DNA of 64,000 bases from the human T2T-CHM13v2.0 reference genome, Homo sapiens, in assembly GCF_009914755.1 (NCBI RefSeq), contig NC_060928.1, one strand, 5' to 3'. This document shows positions 14,203 to 32,850 of the stretch, one piece after another. Under the pieces are notes generated by a model. It was not told where the DNA came from, did no database searches, and worked only from the letters and a program-made list of their open reading frames with translations. Position 1 is the first letter of the stretch, and the number at the start of each line of letters is the position of its first letter. A program made the translations under genes and the position numbers.

Positions 14203-15856
14203 ATTTAAGGCTGGGTGACTTGCTAGCCAGGTGGGCAGAAAACAGCAGTGACACAGGGCTCTAACTTTTGGGGGTTTTCTTCAAGTGTGGAGATAACCCT
14301 TTACTGTTTGTGAGTCTCGGCTGGCACTAAACCTTTGCACAGAGGACAAATAATAACATCAGAAGTGTTGACAGCTATTATTAGGACAGTGATAGACTGC
14401 CAGAGAGGCAGGTAGTGATAAAGAAAATCAGAGCAGCCTATTACTGCCATAATTTTATTTACCACCGATCTAGTCTTTATTCGATGTTTCAGTTCTGGAT
14501 TTGTTTATTTCTGACCCCTCATTTGAAGATCAACATGGAGAATCTGAAAATAGTAGAGAGGGGATTTTAGTAATGGCTGAAAGGTTTAAAATTCAAACGA
14601 TTAAGGATTATTTAGCTTGGAGAAGAAAAGAAGATTTTTTATCTAATACATAGATAATACATGAGATTAAGGTGGTGGTTTCTGTTTTACTAGGATAAAG
14701 CAAGAGGAAAGGGGCATAATTAATTAATTAATGTAAAAGATTGCAATTAACAATAAAGTGGGTTACTGATGGAGCTTTCTATTTTGCTTATTTTCTCTTT
14801 AGCTATTAAAGGAATGGATTTTTTTCTTTGAATTAGTTCAGGTCTGCTTGCACATGAAGATAATGTATTAAAACATGAAAATTCTTAAAATAGCATGCTT
14901 CTTTGAAGAACTTAAATTATTTGAATGTTCAGTGTTTTGAACAGTGATTCTGAAAATACATTGTGACTCATGAGCAGTAAAATAGGATTATGTTGTAAAG
15001 GAACATGAAATAAGAAATCAAGTGTACCTCCATACAAACTAATACATCATGTCAGCAATCAGTGAGCACATATAAACTGCCAAGGAAAAGGTTAGTTGTG
15101 GGTGGACAAGGAGATGAAAAATCATAATATATAAAACAAAAAGAATCCTGGCAGATTTTTATGAAAAGAATGAATGAATATAAATTTAGTTCCAAAAAAA
15201 TTCAAAATGTGAGGCTGTTTATGAAAAATACTCTAAAAGATCTTTCAGTTTTATGAGAAAAGTTCATTGACTTCAGAATATACCTCCTTCAGTTGGTGTC
15301 TGAGAAATAGCAGAGGGCACATATCAGAGAACACACATTATTTTCATTTAGCAAGAAGGATAATTATGTATTGGCAGCAATATAAAATTTGATGTAAGAA
15401 GGGGAAATGTTGGTATAAAGAAGTTTATGATCTCTGAATTTATTATGTTCTTGTAGTTGGAGCAACACTGCACTGAGGTATGCATATCTGCTTTATGAAT
15501 GAGTAAGGGTGAGTCAGTTTATATAAAGTACTTAACTCAAGATATGGCACATTTCCCTCTATTAGCCACCACTGTAGTTGTTGTTATGATCATTAGACCA
15601 AGGATAGCAAATAGATTTAATCTTACTGTGAACAGTGATCAATTTCTAGTGGTCAACTGGAGTGCAATATTTATTTTTGGGGTTTGAGAAGCTCCAATAA
15701 ATAACAACACTCTTCCTCCCATCCCGAGGTCGGAACCGTTTTAAAGCCAAAGAATAAAACAAACAAGACCAAAATGTCACTTACATTACTAATAGATAAT
15801 GGAGAACGTGGCCTATATGTGCAAGCAAGCAGCATGCTTTCTAAAACAACCTCAGA

Positions 15857-15963
15857 GCCAGGTGTCATGGCACACTTGGGAGGCTGGGGCGGGAGGATGG
15901 CTTGAGCCCAGGAGTTTGAGCAACAGCCTGGGCAACATAGTGAGACCTTGTCTCTTAAAAAAA
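15857..15963 (+). mobile_element. FLAM/AluJ left monomer fragment
   Basis: gggaggatggcttgagcccaggagtttgag…ctgggcaacatagtgagacc. Confidence 0.8.
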
Positions 15964-16235
15964 CTTAAAGGTAAAATAAATAGTCTCAGGATTAAACCAT
16001 CTTTCCCATCTAGCAATGCTGGACCAGAATAAGCCTCCTTGACCATGCTTTCCCCGCCGCCCTGTCTCCCTGGCAGGTCCAGGATCCACCTGCTGGCTGC
16101 CCTTGGAGGCAGAGAACACACACCCTTAAGAGGAAGGAAAAAAGAAAGGCTGTGCTTCTCCACATGCTCATTTGTCTTTCTGTGATCAGATAAAAAGCCT
16201 CCTCTTGCCCTAAGGAGGAGTAGGCGAAGGGTTGA

Positions 16236-16608
<373 letters not shown>

Positions 16609-16709
16609 ATCTTCTCCTTTAAAAAAGAAAAAAAGTGGTGCTAAGTCCCTACTGAAAAGAATTTTGTGACTCCCAAGGTCTGTTGAAGGAACGGTGGAGA
16701 AGAGTGGTA

Positions 16710-17467
<758 letters not shown>

Positions 17468-17601
17468 AGCGGTAGCCACATGTTCTGTCTTTCAATGACC
17501 CTGTACTGTAGAGAAATGCAGTTCTTCCAAAGGTGGAGGACGGTTAACAATGCAAGTCAACTTATGGCAATCAGTCAAGCACCTCAGGTAGACCCTGGCC
17601 A

Positions 17602-17830
17602 AGAGCTTGGGCTCAAGAGTCAGACAGACCTGGACTTAACAGACCTGGTTTGCATTTTTGCTTTGCTTTTTGAAGCTGCATGACCTTGGGAAAGTCATTT
17701 AAACTTCGAGCCTCAGTTTTAACTGTGAAATGGAGAAAATACTTCCTACTTCCTAGGATTGTTGTGATAATTAAATGAAATGACGCATGGAATGAATGAA
17801 TGAATGAATGTAGTTCTCGGATCATAGTAG
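17602..17830 (+). mobile_element. MIR SINE
   Basis: gagtcagacagacctgg…tgaccttgggaaagtcatttaaac…cctcagtttt…tgtgaaatgg. Confidence 0.8.
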
Positions 17831-18899
17831 TCTTTCAGTGAGAGCTAAAAAATAGCAGTTGCCGGGAGAAGGTAAATACACTTTCAGATCCTGACTTTAA
17901 TAGGATTAATGGATGAGATGAAGCTACAAGATAATGTCTTATTTCAGAAAAAGTTCACTCAAAATGTAGGAGAAAGCCATTAGGACATTTTCAATATAGA
18001 ACATAAAACTAGTCAACTAAAGGTGATATTCAGTAAACATTCTGAATAAAAAAGCTTAATGTAAGAATTGAGAATGAAACATATACGAATGGTGCTATAC
18101 GTATGAGTATAAATAAACATTATAGTCATACTAACAGCTGACATAAAACTATGAGGAACAGTAGTAGAAAATAGATATGGATAGCACAGCAAAAATGTTT
18201 GGCGTTTTTGAGGTTATCTAAAAGGCACCAGCTAGCCAGTAGTGACATAGATTTGATTGTTTCTGTAACATGTAATTTCTGTAGGCTCTGGGAACTAGGA
18301 AATGAATATATGGTAACATTTTTGTTTATTTTAGGAAGATAAAAATATAGATAAGATTAAGAAATGTATAAATACCATTTATACTTAATATATTTCCAAA
18401 TTGTATATATATTTTTATAATTATATACATATTATATATGTCTATTTTTATAACTTTATATGGGGAGAGGGAGACAGGTGTGCATGTGTATTTCCTAAGT
18501 TCAGGACACCTCACCCTGGGCTGCTCCGGTCCAGAACCTCCTACCTGATGTGACTCAAATAGTGTTGTAGGTACGTGGAGATGGTTTCCTCAACCCTTGG
18601 GGTGGCCTTGTGATGGCTGGTTACCTCAGTGTTCTGTTCAAATATAATTTTCTACATGTGCTATGAATAGAAAAAGACTGGGAAGCATGCCTTAGTCTTT
18701 CTGTGGAATTAACTGCCTTCTGCAACACTAAAAAGATGGGAAAACAGTTTTAAAAGCCCTTTAGTGGAAAGAGCCTTTCATAACTCTAAGTCCTAACTTA
18801 AAATACTATTTTACTCCTGACACTCCCTGCTTAATGCCATTGGACATACCTCATGAAAATATAGCGCAAAACCTTGTACTTATCCTCAGTAGTACTCAG

Positions 18900-19835
18900 A
18901 GACATAAACCCTAAAATGAGATATTTTTTCTTTGCTCATAATATTGGTGAAGATTAAAAATTTGTTAACTAGCATTGGCAAGGGTGTAGGAAAATAGAAC
19001 CTTGTGTTCTGTTGGGAGGAGTATAAATTATTACCTTTTTGTGACACAATTTTGTAGTGTGGAAATGGGCATTCTTTTTGATGTACTTATGACTCATAAT
19101 AATTTATTTTTAAGGAAATAATCATGTATGGACAGATTTCTCCAAGAATGTTGCTTGTAGTTTTTGTTGTTGTTGTTTTGTTGTTTTTTTTGTTTGCTTG
19201 TTTCTGTGCTTTGTTTTGTGTTTTTAAGACAGGGTCTCACTCTGTCACCCAGGCTGGAGTGCAGTGGCGCGATCACAGCTCACTGCAACCTTGACCTCCC
19301 ATGCTCCGTCAATCCTCCCACCTCAGCCTCAGCCCAGTCCCAAGTAGCTGGGACTACAGGAGCATGCCACCACGCCAGGATAATTTTTGTATTTTCTGTA
19401 GAGACGAGGTCTCATTATGTTGCCCAGGCTGGTCTCAAACTATCCACCGACCTTGGCCTCCCAAAGTATTGGAATTACAGACGTGAGCCACCACACCATG
19501 CTGCAGTTTTATTTAAGTAGAGAAAAGCTTGTAATAACCAAAATGCCTAACAAAAAGGGTTTGGTTAAAAAGATTTTTGGTGTATCTATACAGTGGAATA
19601 CCATATATTGGTAATGGTGTAGCATTAGCATATTTAATTGTGCTGGAAAATATTAATTATAAATTAATAAAAAACACTCTAAGGCAATATGTATAGCATA
19701 AACCCAGTTTTATAAAACAAAAAAATTATGTTTGCATAGAAAAAGGTTATAAAGATAGTCCAAATGTTAATAGTGGTTAACTTTGAATGTTGTGCTTTGT
19801 ATATTTTCTCATTTTCTTCAATGAACATATGCTAC
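18900..19835 (+). mobile_element. Degraded L1ME-type 3' region containing an AluJ (19160-19503, - strand)
   Basis: gcaagggtgtaggaaaatag…tatacagtggaatacc…gaacatatgctac motifs around a reverse AluJ. Confidence 0.6.
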
Positions 19836-19857
19836 TTTAGAGAAAGTAAAAACTGGT

Positions 19858-20465
19858 GCAGACTGAGAAAGTAAAATCTGCCCAGCCATTTATCAGGCTG
19901 GTATAACAGACACTAAAGCCACCTACAAAGTAAACAGGAAACAATATTTCTCCTAAGTACCTGCCATGGCAGTAAAATGTCATAATGATACCCTTCTTTG
20001 TGCTTTCGTGTTCACTGAGAAACTTTGTTTTCAAAAATCTTCAACTGCCAGTTCCTGTTTGGAATTATGTCAGTAAGAATGACAGATTCTACTTTTGCCT
20101 GGGTGATCTAAGTCAGCTTGACACAAAGAAGCAGCTTTGATTTACGACCCAGATGCAGAGCCGCAGTTATGGGGTTTCTGGACTCAGTATATCTATCTTG
20201 CAGCTTTCAGGAAACGAGACCCTGGATCCACCCAACATTGACCGCTTTACACAGCCCTGTCTTGGGCCTATCAAAATGCTGCTTCATTTAAATTTCACCT
20301 TCACTCCACTGTTCCCTAGAATCCCATAGTAATGTTACCTTTTCCCTCGTTTGGAGAGACGCCCCACAGCTTCCACTGCTACACTGTCTCTTGCTCTTTA
20401 TGTGGGTCAGTTGACCTGATTTTGTTGGACTAGAGTGATCTTGGTGGTCTCAGGTTGATTGGGCT
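19858..20465 (+). mobile_element. MER34-like ERV LTR
   Basis: 3' end gacctgattttgttggactagagtgatcttggtggtctc resembles the MER34 U5. Subfamily uncertain. Confidence 0.45.
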
Positions 20466-20607
20466 AAAATGCTCTGTAATCAGGAAAAAATAAGGCTGCT
20501 TCAAATTTATACATATTTAACAAACATGTATACGTACCATTTCCCTAGATAGTACATATCTAAAGACTCAGTAACTGTGTTAAGGAAGAATAATAATGAA
20601 CATTTAT

Positions 20608-20840
20608 TGAACTCTCACTGCGGGGCAGACTGTGTTTTAAGATTTTTAAGGGTATTATCTAATTTAATGTGTATAACAACCCTATAAAGAAAAATTACTC
20701 TTATTACTCTTTTCTATAAATGATGATGCTTTAGTTTTAGAAAGCTTAAATCATTTTCCCAGGATGACATAGTGTGTGTTAGAAACAGGATTTGAACACA
20801 GGCCATCCACTGTGAGAGCTCACATTCTTTACTACTCTGA
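20608..20840 (-). mobile_element. MIR SINE
   Basis: aataatgaacatttattga…aacaaccctat…ggatttgaacacagg. Confidence 0.7.
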
Positions 20841-20980
20841 TACACTTTCTCATTTATCCAGCAGTCCCTTTTAGTAGTGCCATGGATGGGAAAAAACTTC
20901 AGCTTAGCTGGCTAAAAGCATCATGGCTTTATTTCTTCACAAATTCTATAACTGAAGTCCCTCTAACAAAAACATTCCTA

Positions 20981-21433
<453 letters not shown>

Positions 21434-21455
21434 CTAAGGTTTGGCCAGCCTTTGA

Positions 21456-21777
<322 letters not shown>

Positions 21778-22334
21778 TGATGACTTTGAAGTGCTGCGTA
21801 GCATTTCAGTGAGTTTGAGATTGTTGGGACGTGTTCAGAAACACAAACTTGCTCTTTTTATTTAGCCACTTGTAAAATACCAAAGAGAGATGAGGTGGCC
21901 ACTCTGAGGAGCAGATGGCAGTTATCTTTGTGTGGCTTTTTCTTGTCACTGGGACAAAGGATACTGTAGGTAGGATCTTGCCAGAGTTGGAAAGCAGCTG
22001 AATTCTTGTTATGCCCCTCCTCCCTAATACTTGACTTTACATTATCATTTTGCAAAACATATACCAACAATCTGTGCACTTTTGATCAAGGGAAAGCGTA
22101 CAAACATCAGCCCTCCTGATTCTTGAACCGAACTCAGCACTTGCAAAGTCGTATCCTCCTCTGGAGAAAGAAAACCGAGTGAGTGCCAGGTAACTCTGGA
22201 AGCCCGTGTCCCCGTGTCCTCACGGATAGCCAGCATTTGGATGTGTTTGGATGTATATATTGTATAGTTTTGTTGAGAAAAAAACAAGAATGAGAAAGTC
22301 AATCATTTCCTCTCGGTATCCAGTAACAGTGAAT

Positions 22335-24320
22335 TAAACAAATTCAGTAATCATCTTCAGATGCCCACTATGTGCAAAGTGCTGTGTCAGAAGGTCTGGT
22401 GAGTACTAAGATGAACTGGTTACACTCCTTGGATTCCACCCCCTGCTGTCAAGTGTTTGCAGTTCCTCACAGGAGACCCATGTGACTATAAGTAGCTAAG
22501 TAGGAAGCAAGATCCTAAGGCTGGAAGTGGAGTGTAAAGCACCAAGGAAGTGGGTAGGAGCAAATATTTTATTCTATAGCAGAGAACTCTTAAGAAAGCT
22601 TCAGAGAGGAATGGCCATGCATGGAGTGTTTAATAAGAGTTAACAGGATTTCAGCAGATAAGGGGAAGTGATGGTGTGCAGGAAGAAACAGGAGTACTGT
22701 TAAGGAGAAGGAGAAATATTACTGAGAAGGGAGTCAGGAAAGACCTGGAGTGTGTTCATGGTATCACGTATGGTCTGGTTTGGCAGAAACAGTATGCAGG
22801 AGGGATATAGAAGGCAGTAAAGCTGGAAAGATGATCTGGCATTGGCCATACTTACGTACTTAGAAAAACCCTAGAGAAGATAAGTATTAACCTATATTGT
22901 ATTTTAGAGTAGCAGAAAAATGGTTAGAGCATGAGCTTTAGAAGACAGGCAGCCCTAGATTGTCATTCTGTCTCTAGGACTTAAAAGCAATGAGACCTTG
23001 TATAGATCTCATAATCATCTGAATTCTAATTTCCTTCTCTGTAATGTGGACATAATTCTGGCACCTTATTATGAGGATTAAGTGAGATAATGTAAATTAA
23101 AATATCTAAACAGGTACCCAGTACAATCTATGAATGTTTGCTGGTATTACATTATAATTTTATGGTTTCATTAAAAAAATCTTTAACTCTTTAGTCAGAT
23201 GGTGTGTATTTTCTTTGGTACCCTTGATGACTCATTTGTTCCAAAGCATGAATCACAAAGAATATCAAAAGAATAAATTGTTCAGAATATTATTTTTACC
23301 TGTTAAGTGTTAGAAATGTTGACTCTTGTTAATTTAGCTCATTAATATCTATTGAGTGCCTACCATATGTTTAGTGCCAAGCTAGGTACTATAGGAGAAT
23401 ATAAGACAGAACTCCTGTGTTTAAGAGACTCTTGATCTAGTTGGGGTGAAAAAAGTAGCATATCTTTATTATACACAGAACTATGGTTTTGTAGTTTTCA
23501 GTCTACATTCTTAGGCTCGAAAATGTGTCAACATTCTTTGAAGGTGTATTAGGCCTTGAAATGACTGGGCACACCATTTTCTTTGTTCACAGCATTCTTT
23601 GTGGAAGTGTGACTCTTTAAAACAGCAATATGAAAGAGTAAATAGATACTATTATAGAGCAGAAGTCATTCAGGATTTCAGAGAAGACAGATATTGGTGT
23701 GCATTATAGGGATGGGGAAGACTTGAGGGAAGAAGTAATATATGTAAGATCTAGGTAGGTGGACAAGTAGGAAGACTGCCTTCCAGCAGGAAACAAAGCA
23801 TGAGACTGTAGTTTTGAGAGGGCAATATAGAAACCAGCCTGGCTTAATTAGGTTCACATTCATAGGGAGAAAAAAAACGAAGTTGTTGGATAGTAGAGCC
23901 AGTGCCAAGTTGTGAAGGGAACGTAGGCAGGAATGTGGGGTTATTCATTTGGGGAGGTGCAGGAGGTAAACAAGGGAGAGATGAGGTGAGTGTTCCCATA
24001 GGAGGGTGTGTTGACAGGTGCTCAGGATGGTTTGGATGGGAGAGAGGATTGAAGTCAGGGAGACAGGCCATTTAGCCATTGCAGTGACCTACTCAGGAAA
24101 GAAGGCAGCCTGAAACAATGGTAGCTGAAGGTAGTGTAAGCAAGAAGCTTATTTAGAGGCATTCAAAGGACCATCCGTGGGGCTTTGAAACTGATGTTTA
24201 TTAGTAGTATATATACCTAAGATGATTTTGAGAAGGATGATGGTACTAGTAGAGAAACGGAAAGGTAAGGAAACCTTACTATGGAAGAAAGAAGGTTAGT
24301 TTAGCTTGAATAGGCTTAGA
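22335..24320. mobile_element. Patchwork of L2 fragments with a MIR (~22915-23150)
   Basis: Purine-rich L2-like text (tattgagtgcctacca…; gacaggccatttagccattgcagtgacc) and a MIR core. Confidence 0.5.
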
Positions 24321-24879
24321 TACATAGGTACATAGATAAAACAGCTTAGAAAAAGTTAAAAATGACTCATAAGTCTACCATTTTAACACAACTGCCATTC
24401 ATTTCATCTCTATTTTGCCTTGTAGCCCTGGCTCATATATACACATAGATACATATCTGCAATCATAAATGTATGTGCCATTTTTCATTTTAAAAATTAG
24501 TCTGTCATAAACATCTATTTTCATGTAATCTTTATTATTATAAATATTACTGGCTGGATGCTTTCTGTTTAATCTGATATGTCCTGAAAGCAAGGACCAT
24601 ATTGGTGGTGTTCATTTCTGTGTGTCTGGAACGTAAGAAAAGATTAAGAAATGTTTGTTTAATGAAAGCATCATTGGCCATACTCATTATTGACCATGAG
24701 TATTTTCGTGCGTTTCTTTGTAGAACTTGCTACAACAAACATGTATGTGATAGTTTGGGCTTTGGGTTTTCATTTTGATTTTTTTCTTTTGTTAAACTGT
24801 TACCTTATGATAAATACTTGAGATTGGAATTGCTGTGTGGAAGCACGTCAAGTCTTCCTCAGAAAGCTCTCTATCAGTT

Positions 24880-26035
<1,156 letters not shown>

Positions 26036-26764
26036 ATCTCTGACTGGCATGCCAACACTGCTCCTGACAGCCTGCTCTGAGGTCCTGAGAGTCAGCCACT
26101 GATGTTTATATTATCCAAATGAAAAAATAAGGTGCAAATTTGTGAGGAGTCCATGAGTAGCTATGACTAAGATAAATTTGTCTCTCCTCTGGGTTTTAGT
26201 TGAAAAGCAAAAGAATGTATGTAATTGTGTGCTCTAAAAGCCAGCAGATGTAACATTAAATCTTAGAACACTGCACGGTTTTTGTTCAAAGTAAGAATTA
26301 ATGTTAAAGAACTTTATTACCAGCAGATGAAATTAATTAATTCATATAATTAAGGGCTAAGAAACACTCAGGATAAACCACTTTGATTAGGGCAATACTT
26401 AGTAACCATTAAAGGACTCTTAAGAATTTGGATTTGTAAAGCCCAATTGAATTTATGCTCAAAATAGCTACAACTCCAGGGTTGTACTCAGCACTTAAAA
26501 TGTAGAATTATGTTTATTTTTCCTGACTTGGAGGTCTTCTTAGGCACACATATATATAGCTGGTGCTCTAATCTCATGCTTCTCAGCTCTCCGTGTGCCT
26601 TAGAATTGCCAGGAGAGCTTTAAAAATACTGATGCGAGTCCTGGTGCAGATATTTTGATTCTGTTGGGTTGGGACCGTGTTCTAAATGAGAAGCAATGAG
26701 GCGCTGCACTCAGGCAGGGCAGTGGGGCTGCAGGGGAGAGGGCAGTTCTGAGAACTATTTAAGA

Positions 26765-26950
26765 CGGCACCATCCAGTAGAACTTTCTACAGTGAAGAAA
26801 ATGTTCTACTTGGCACCGCCCGGTGTGGTCCACAAGCCCACAGGTACCGTGGAGCATTTGAAATGTGGCTAGTGTGATTGAGGAACTAAACGTTTATTAA
26901 TTTAATTGGATAGCCACATGTAGCTCATGATCACCTTATTAGACAGTGCC
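26765..26950 (+). mobile_element. MER3-type hAT-Charlie
   Basis: tccagtagaactttctac…gcatttgaaatgtggctagtg…tagccacatgtagct…agacagtgc. Confidence 0.75.
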
Positions 26951-27298
26951 AATGTAAGAAGTAGAATCAGCTAGCTCTGCTCACCTAGGATTGTGGAGGA
27001 GAGGGAGGCTGAGCATAACCTCAGAGTTTCTACAGGTAGTTATGCTTCTGGTATAGGGAACAGAGTGGAAGTGAGGAGGCTCCTGATGTTTACGTGAGGG
27101 CCTCAGAATGACTAGCGCGTGGCATGGGGCCCGGCCTATTGTAGATGCTCGGTCTATGTCGGATTATTTTATGGAGCCTTGGGCAGGATTCACAGCTCCT
27201 GTGTTACATTTGTTTAGTATAAATACAGTCTAAAGTTATTTCTGAAAATAGTATTTTCTTCCTCTTAAATCTTTTTCTTTTCTCTTTTTAAAAATCAG

Positions 27299-27369
27299 GT
27301 ATCAAATTGTAGTGGAAATAATCCAGGCGACTACAATTAGCAGCTTTCCCCAACTGAAGAGGCACAAAG
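27299..27369 (+). CDS. SNX25: SNX25 coding exon: (R)YQIVVEIIQATTISSFPQLKRHK(G)
   Basis: Long pyrimidine tract plus aatcag acceptor (AG 27297-27298). Donor G|gtaaga at 27370. 71 nt, phase 2 in, phase 1 out. Too short to appear in the ORF track. Confidence 0.93.
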
Positions 27370-28444
27370 GTAAGAGCCAGGTTGTTTTCTTCAGTTCCAC
27401 ATCTGAAAGGTCAGCTTGATCCCCGGCCTTCTCCCACCTGTCAGATCTTTGGCAAATAGGAGCTTTTCTGGCTTACATTTAAATATTTCAATTTATTAAA
27501 AACAATACTATTACAGTATTAGAGAAGTAAATATAATTTCATCCTAACAACAACCTTTGTCTGTATTTCTGTATTCCCGTATAAACTTTATTCAGCTGCA
27601 GTCATAATTTTTAGAAGGCTAAAATCATTCAGTATATGTTTCTGTTCTGTTTTTAAACTAAACATGATTACATACTTTTTTTCACATATTGAAATTTAAT
27701 ATTTCTATCTTGAAACATAATCTTGATGGTCATTTAAATGACTCCAATAAGTTGAGATTTCATAATTAATCTTTTCCTTATTTTCCTTTTTTAAGCTTTT
27801 TTTTAAGGAATTATAAAATCTTTTTCCTTTATTTAAGCATTGGATTGCTAATAGCTTTTTCTCTCTTTTCACTCTTGTGTTGTAGGTTTTGTTGGGGGGT
27901 GGGGGGGTGGTGTATATATATATTGCTCTATCTTTTTCTTCCTGTTTGTTTCTCTTCCAGTGAAGTAAGATTCTTTCCCAGGCATGATACCAAAGAATAA
28001 TTAAGGTGTGAGGATGGCTCTCAACTCCCTTGTAGTTTGCCTGATGCTAGAATATTCCCCTTTGCATGTACAAAGGTAGAGAACGTGTTAAAATCTAGAG
28101 TGCAGAGCAGGTCTGGCTTTGCAGCTCAGAGGCAGCAAACACTGCTTTCACCTTGGAGAACAGACATTCCACAAAAACCTCCAGGCCTGCTCAAGTCTCC
28201 GCCAAGGAGAGGGAGTAGAGTGCTAAAAGAACGGGGAAGAGTTGGGCCAAAGACATTAAAGCATGCTTTCAGGTTTCTCATGAGCACACAGAGGCAAAGG
28301 AAGCTTGGGCTGGGGACTTGGACCTGGACTTGCCTCCCTGAGCCTGACAGAAGGTAGGAGCAAGTACAAAGCAAATATAGGTATAGATTATGAAGAGGCA
28401 CTGATTCCTCAGCTCAGCCTGTAAGGAAGCCTGTGCAAATATGT

Positions 28445-28935
28445 CCATTCAGCAGTGTTTACTGAGCACCTACTGAGTGATAATGATACAGTAGTAAACA
28501 AAACCTCTGCATTCCGATTCCCTAAACTAGGCTGGGAGGCAGTCAGACAATCAACAAAAAAATATGTGTTATTTCAGGTGGTCACATGTTCCTTGGAGAA
28601 AAACAAAGTTGTGATGCGGGGAGCCCTGGTAGGGAGTGCTGGTTCTGCTGCAGGGGAGGCTAATTCTGCATTCAGTTAGTTGGGGAAGACCTCACTCAGA
28701 TGGTGGGCTTTGAGCAGTCATCTGGAAGCCTGGGGGTATCTGGAGAAGGGCAGGTGCCAAATCCTGATGCAGAAACTTGATGGGGCTGAAGAAAGGGAGA
28801 GAAGCCAAACACGAGCTCAGAGAGGCGGCAGGGAACCCAGTCACAAAGGCCCAACTGGTACTGCAAGGACTTGGGATTTTACTCTGAATGAGGACGTCTT
28901 TAAATGGGCTTTTGAGCTAAGGAGACTTGATCTGA
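28445..28935 (-). mobile_element. L2 fragment
   Basis: cattcagcagtgtttactgagcacctac…aaggacttgggattttactctgaatgag. Confidence 0.65.
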
Positions 28936-29127
28936 TGAATTCCTGCAAGAGTGTGGACTCTGTTCCTCTCCTTTTTATCACTGTTCTTGCAGAGAAGATG
29001 CTTCACTTCCAGACAGATGGATAATTGTTTGAAAGAGAACACTGGAGAGGTGTGCTGCCTTGCCACTGTAATCTTTTTTAGTGCCCCTCTTTGAGTTCAG
29101 TCAGCAAAATACCTTTCTTATTTTGTT

Positions 29128-29556
29128 ATTCCATTAGTTTGCTAGGGCTACCATTAAAAAGTGCAAGCTGGGTGGTTTAAACAACAGGAATTAATTTTCT
29201 CACAGTTCTGGAGGCTGGAAACCCAAGAGCAAGGTGTCAGCAAGGTAGTTCCTTCTGAGAGCGGTGAGGAAGGACCTGCCTCAGGCCTCTCCCTGTCTGC
29301 AGATGGCCATCTTCTCCATGTGTCTTCACATTGTCCTTCTTTTGTACCTGTCTTTCCTTCATGTCTGTGTTTTCTATTCTTACAAGGATGCCAGTCATAC
29401 TGCACTGGGGCCCATCTAATGACTTCATTTTAACTTGATTGACTCTGCAAAGGCCCTGTCTCCAAATAAGGCCACATCCTAAGGTACTTGGCGTTAGGAC
29501 TTCAGCATCTGAATTTGTTTTGGGAGTGCGGGAAGGACACGATTCAGCCCATAACA
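29128..29556 (-). mobile_element. MLT1 (B/C-like) MaLR LTR
   Basis: ttagtttgctagggctacc…ctcacagttctggaggctggaa…ttcagcccataaca. Confidence 0.85.
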
Positions 29557-30044
29557 GTTATGTTACAGACATTCTCAGTGACCCTTGATTCTTGAGTGTC
29601 TGTGTTTTCCGTCTAAGCTGTCCTTGCAACTCTTTTGGGTATCCTGGCTTCCTTCTGTTGTTTAAGCACTGAGGAAAAGACAAACAAACTAAGCACTCTT
29701 GGGGCCTTGGAGCCGTTTTGCCTGGGACAGGAAACACTGGACACTGGTCTCATTGCTTCTCTGAGGTTACTGGTTAGCAGTGATTGTCACCTCCAGCCTC
29801 TATGTCTGCATAGTATAATGCTCCAGTGGATTTTAATCTTCCTGCTTTTTGCAAAGTTAAACTGCTTAGATAAACTCTTACGTGCTTTGTGCTTAATACG
29901 AAATTTTAGCATGAGAATGTGTGTACATGTTTATATATAAGGACAAAGTAACTGTCAAGAATTTACTCTTAATACGGTGTATTCTGGTTGAATTTTAATT
30001 ATAACTGAAGTGTTTGGTTTATTTTAAGTATTAGTTTCTCTCTG

Positions 30045-30470
30045 CCTAAAATGATCAAAAAGGTCAGAATCTAGTTTAAAGAGAATTTATTCAAGTGCGG
30101 AAGTTGAGGACTATAGCCAGGGACACACTGCCAGGTTGCCTTGAGTGCTGCAGAGAACAAAAAGAGAGGCTCAAGTTTTTAAAGAAAAAAAGACAAATCA
30201 GGAAAGGGGGCAGTTACGAACGTGGTCAGGAATTCTCATGGGTTTACAGAAAGAACAATGGTTAGTGCTTGGCTGTACACAGTTAAACAGTGATGTGGAT
30301 GACATTTTATGGCTACCTGGCGTTAGTCTAGAGCCTGAAGAGAAGTGGCTTCAAGAAGTAATTATTTAGCTCATGGGGAAGTGTGACATGACCTCTGTTA
30401 CGTTCTAAATGCCTTTCTGGCCCTGATCATTTAAAGGAGCTCACATTCCTTAGAAAAAAAGATTTTTCTT
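30045..30470 (-). mobile_element. ERV LTR (MER31/MER67-like, uncertain)
   Basis: tttaaagagaatttattcaagtgcggaagttgagg, a reverse LTR end with poly(A) signal. Confidence 0.45.
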
Positions 30471-30477
30471 TTGGGGA

Positions 30478-30752
30478 GAAGAGGGTTAATTGTGGTGAAA
30501 TATACGTAACAAAATTTACCATTTTTAAGTGTACAGTTCTGTGGCATTAATTACATTCATACTGTTCTGTAGCCATCATTACCACCCATCTCCGGAACTT
30601 TTCATCTTCCCAAACTGAAACTTCGTATCCGTTAAACAATAGCTCCACTCTCCCCACTCCCCTCAGCCCGTGACAACCACCATTCTACTTTCTGTCTCTC
30701 TGAGTTTGACAAGTCTATGTACCTCATATAAGTAGAATCATACAATATTTAA
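30478..30752 (-). mobile_element. L1MB-type 3' end
   Basis: attgtggtgaaatatacgtaac…aagtgtacagttctgtggcatt…cctcatataagtagaatcatac. Confidence 0.85.
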
Positions 30753-30762
30753 AAGGTTCTTC

Positions 30763-31217
30763 TGTCTCAATTCCTAGAGCTGCCATAGCAAAGTACCACA
30801 AACTGTCTGGCACAAACAACAAAAATGTATTTTCTCACAGTTTTGGAGGCAAGAAGTCTAAAATCAAGGCTTTGGCAGGGCCACGCTGCTTCTGAATGCG
30901 CTGGGGGAGCCTCTTCCATGTCTGTGCCTTAGCTTTCCATGTTGCTGGCAATCCTTGGTGTTCCCTGGCCTGGAGATATGTCACTCCAATCCCTGCCTCA
31001 GTTGTCACGTGATATTCTTCTCTGGTTTTGCGTCTCTGTTTTCTCAACAGGGGCACTAGTCATATTGGATTGGGGCCCACCCTGATTAAGCATGACTTTA
31101 TCTTAACTTGATCACGTCGGCAAAGACCCCATTTCCGAATAAGATCGCTTTAGTAGGTATGGGGGGCAGATTAGGACTTCAACATATCTTTTTGGGAACA
31201 CAATTCAACCCACTGCA
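30763..31217 (-). mobile_element. MLT1C-like MaLR LTR
   Basis: gctgccatagcaaagtaccacaaact…ctcacagttttggaggc…cacaattcaacccac. Confidence 0.85.
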
Positions 31218-31458
31218 TTATAACTGGTAAGTTCAAGTATAGCATTTAGTTCCCTTTTTTGTGTGTGTGAAAATGCTAGAAATATCTCTTTTCAGCAAGC
31301 TTTCTGACCACATTAAGATTTTCTGCCTTTTCTCCTTTTGGGTTAATTCTGGTATCACTATTTAGCTTTTTCTACATTAGTCTCTTTTAAGACTATAATA
31401 GGGTTCAAAGTTAGAAAAAAACACTTTGGCAAAAAGTAGACTAGCTGGAACTGTATAG

Positions 31459-32850
<1,392 letters not shown>

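Noticed and set aside
14480-15300. Possible ancient CR1/L3-like LINE remnant
   Set aside because: Too degraded to call by eye; needs a Dfam search.
27893-27911. G-rich run as a G-quadruplex
   Set aside because: Short low-complexity tract with no supporting context.
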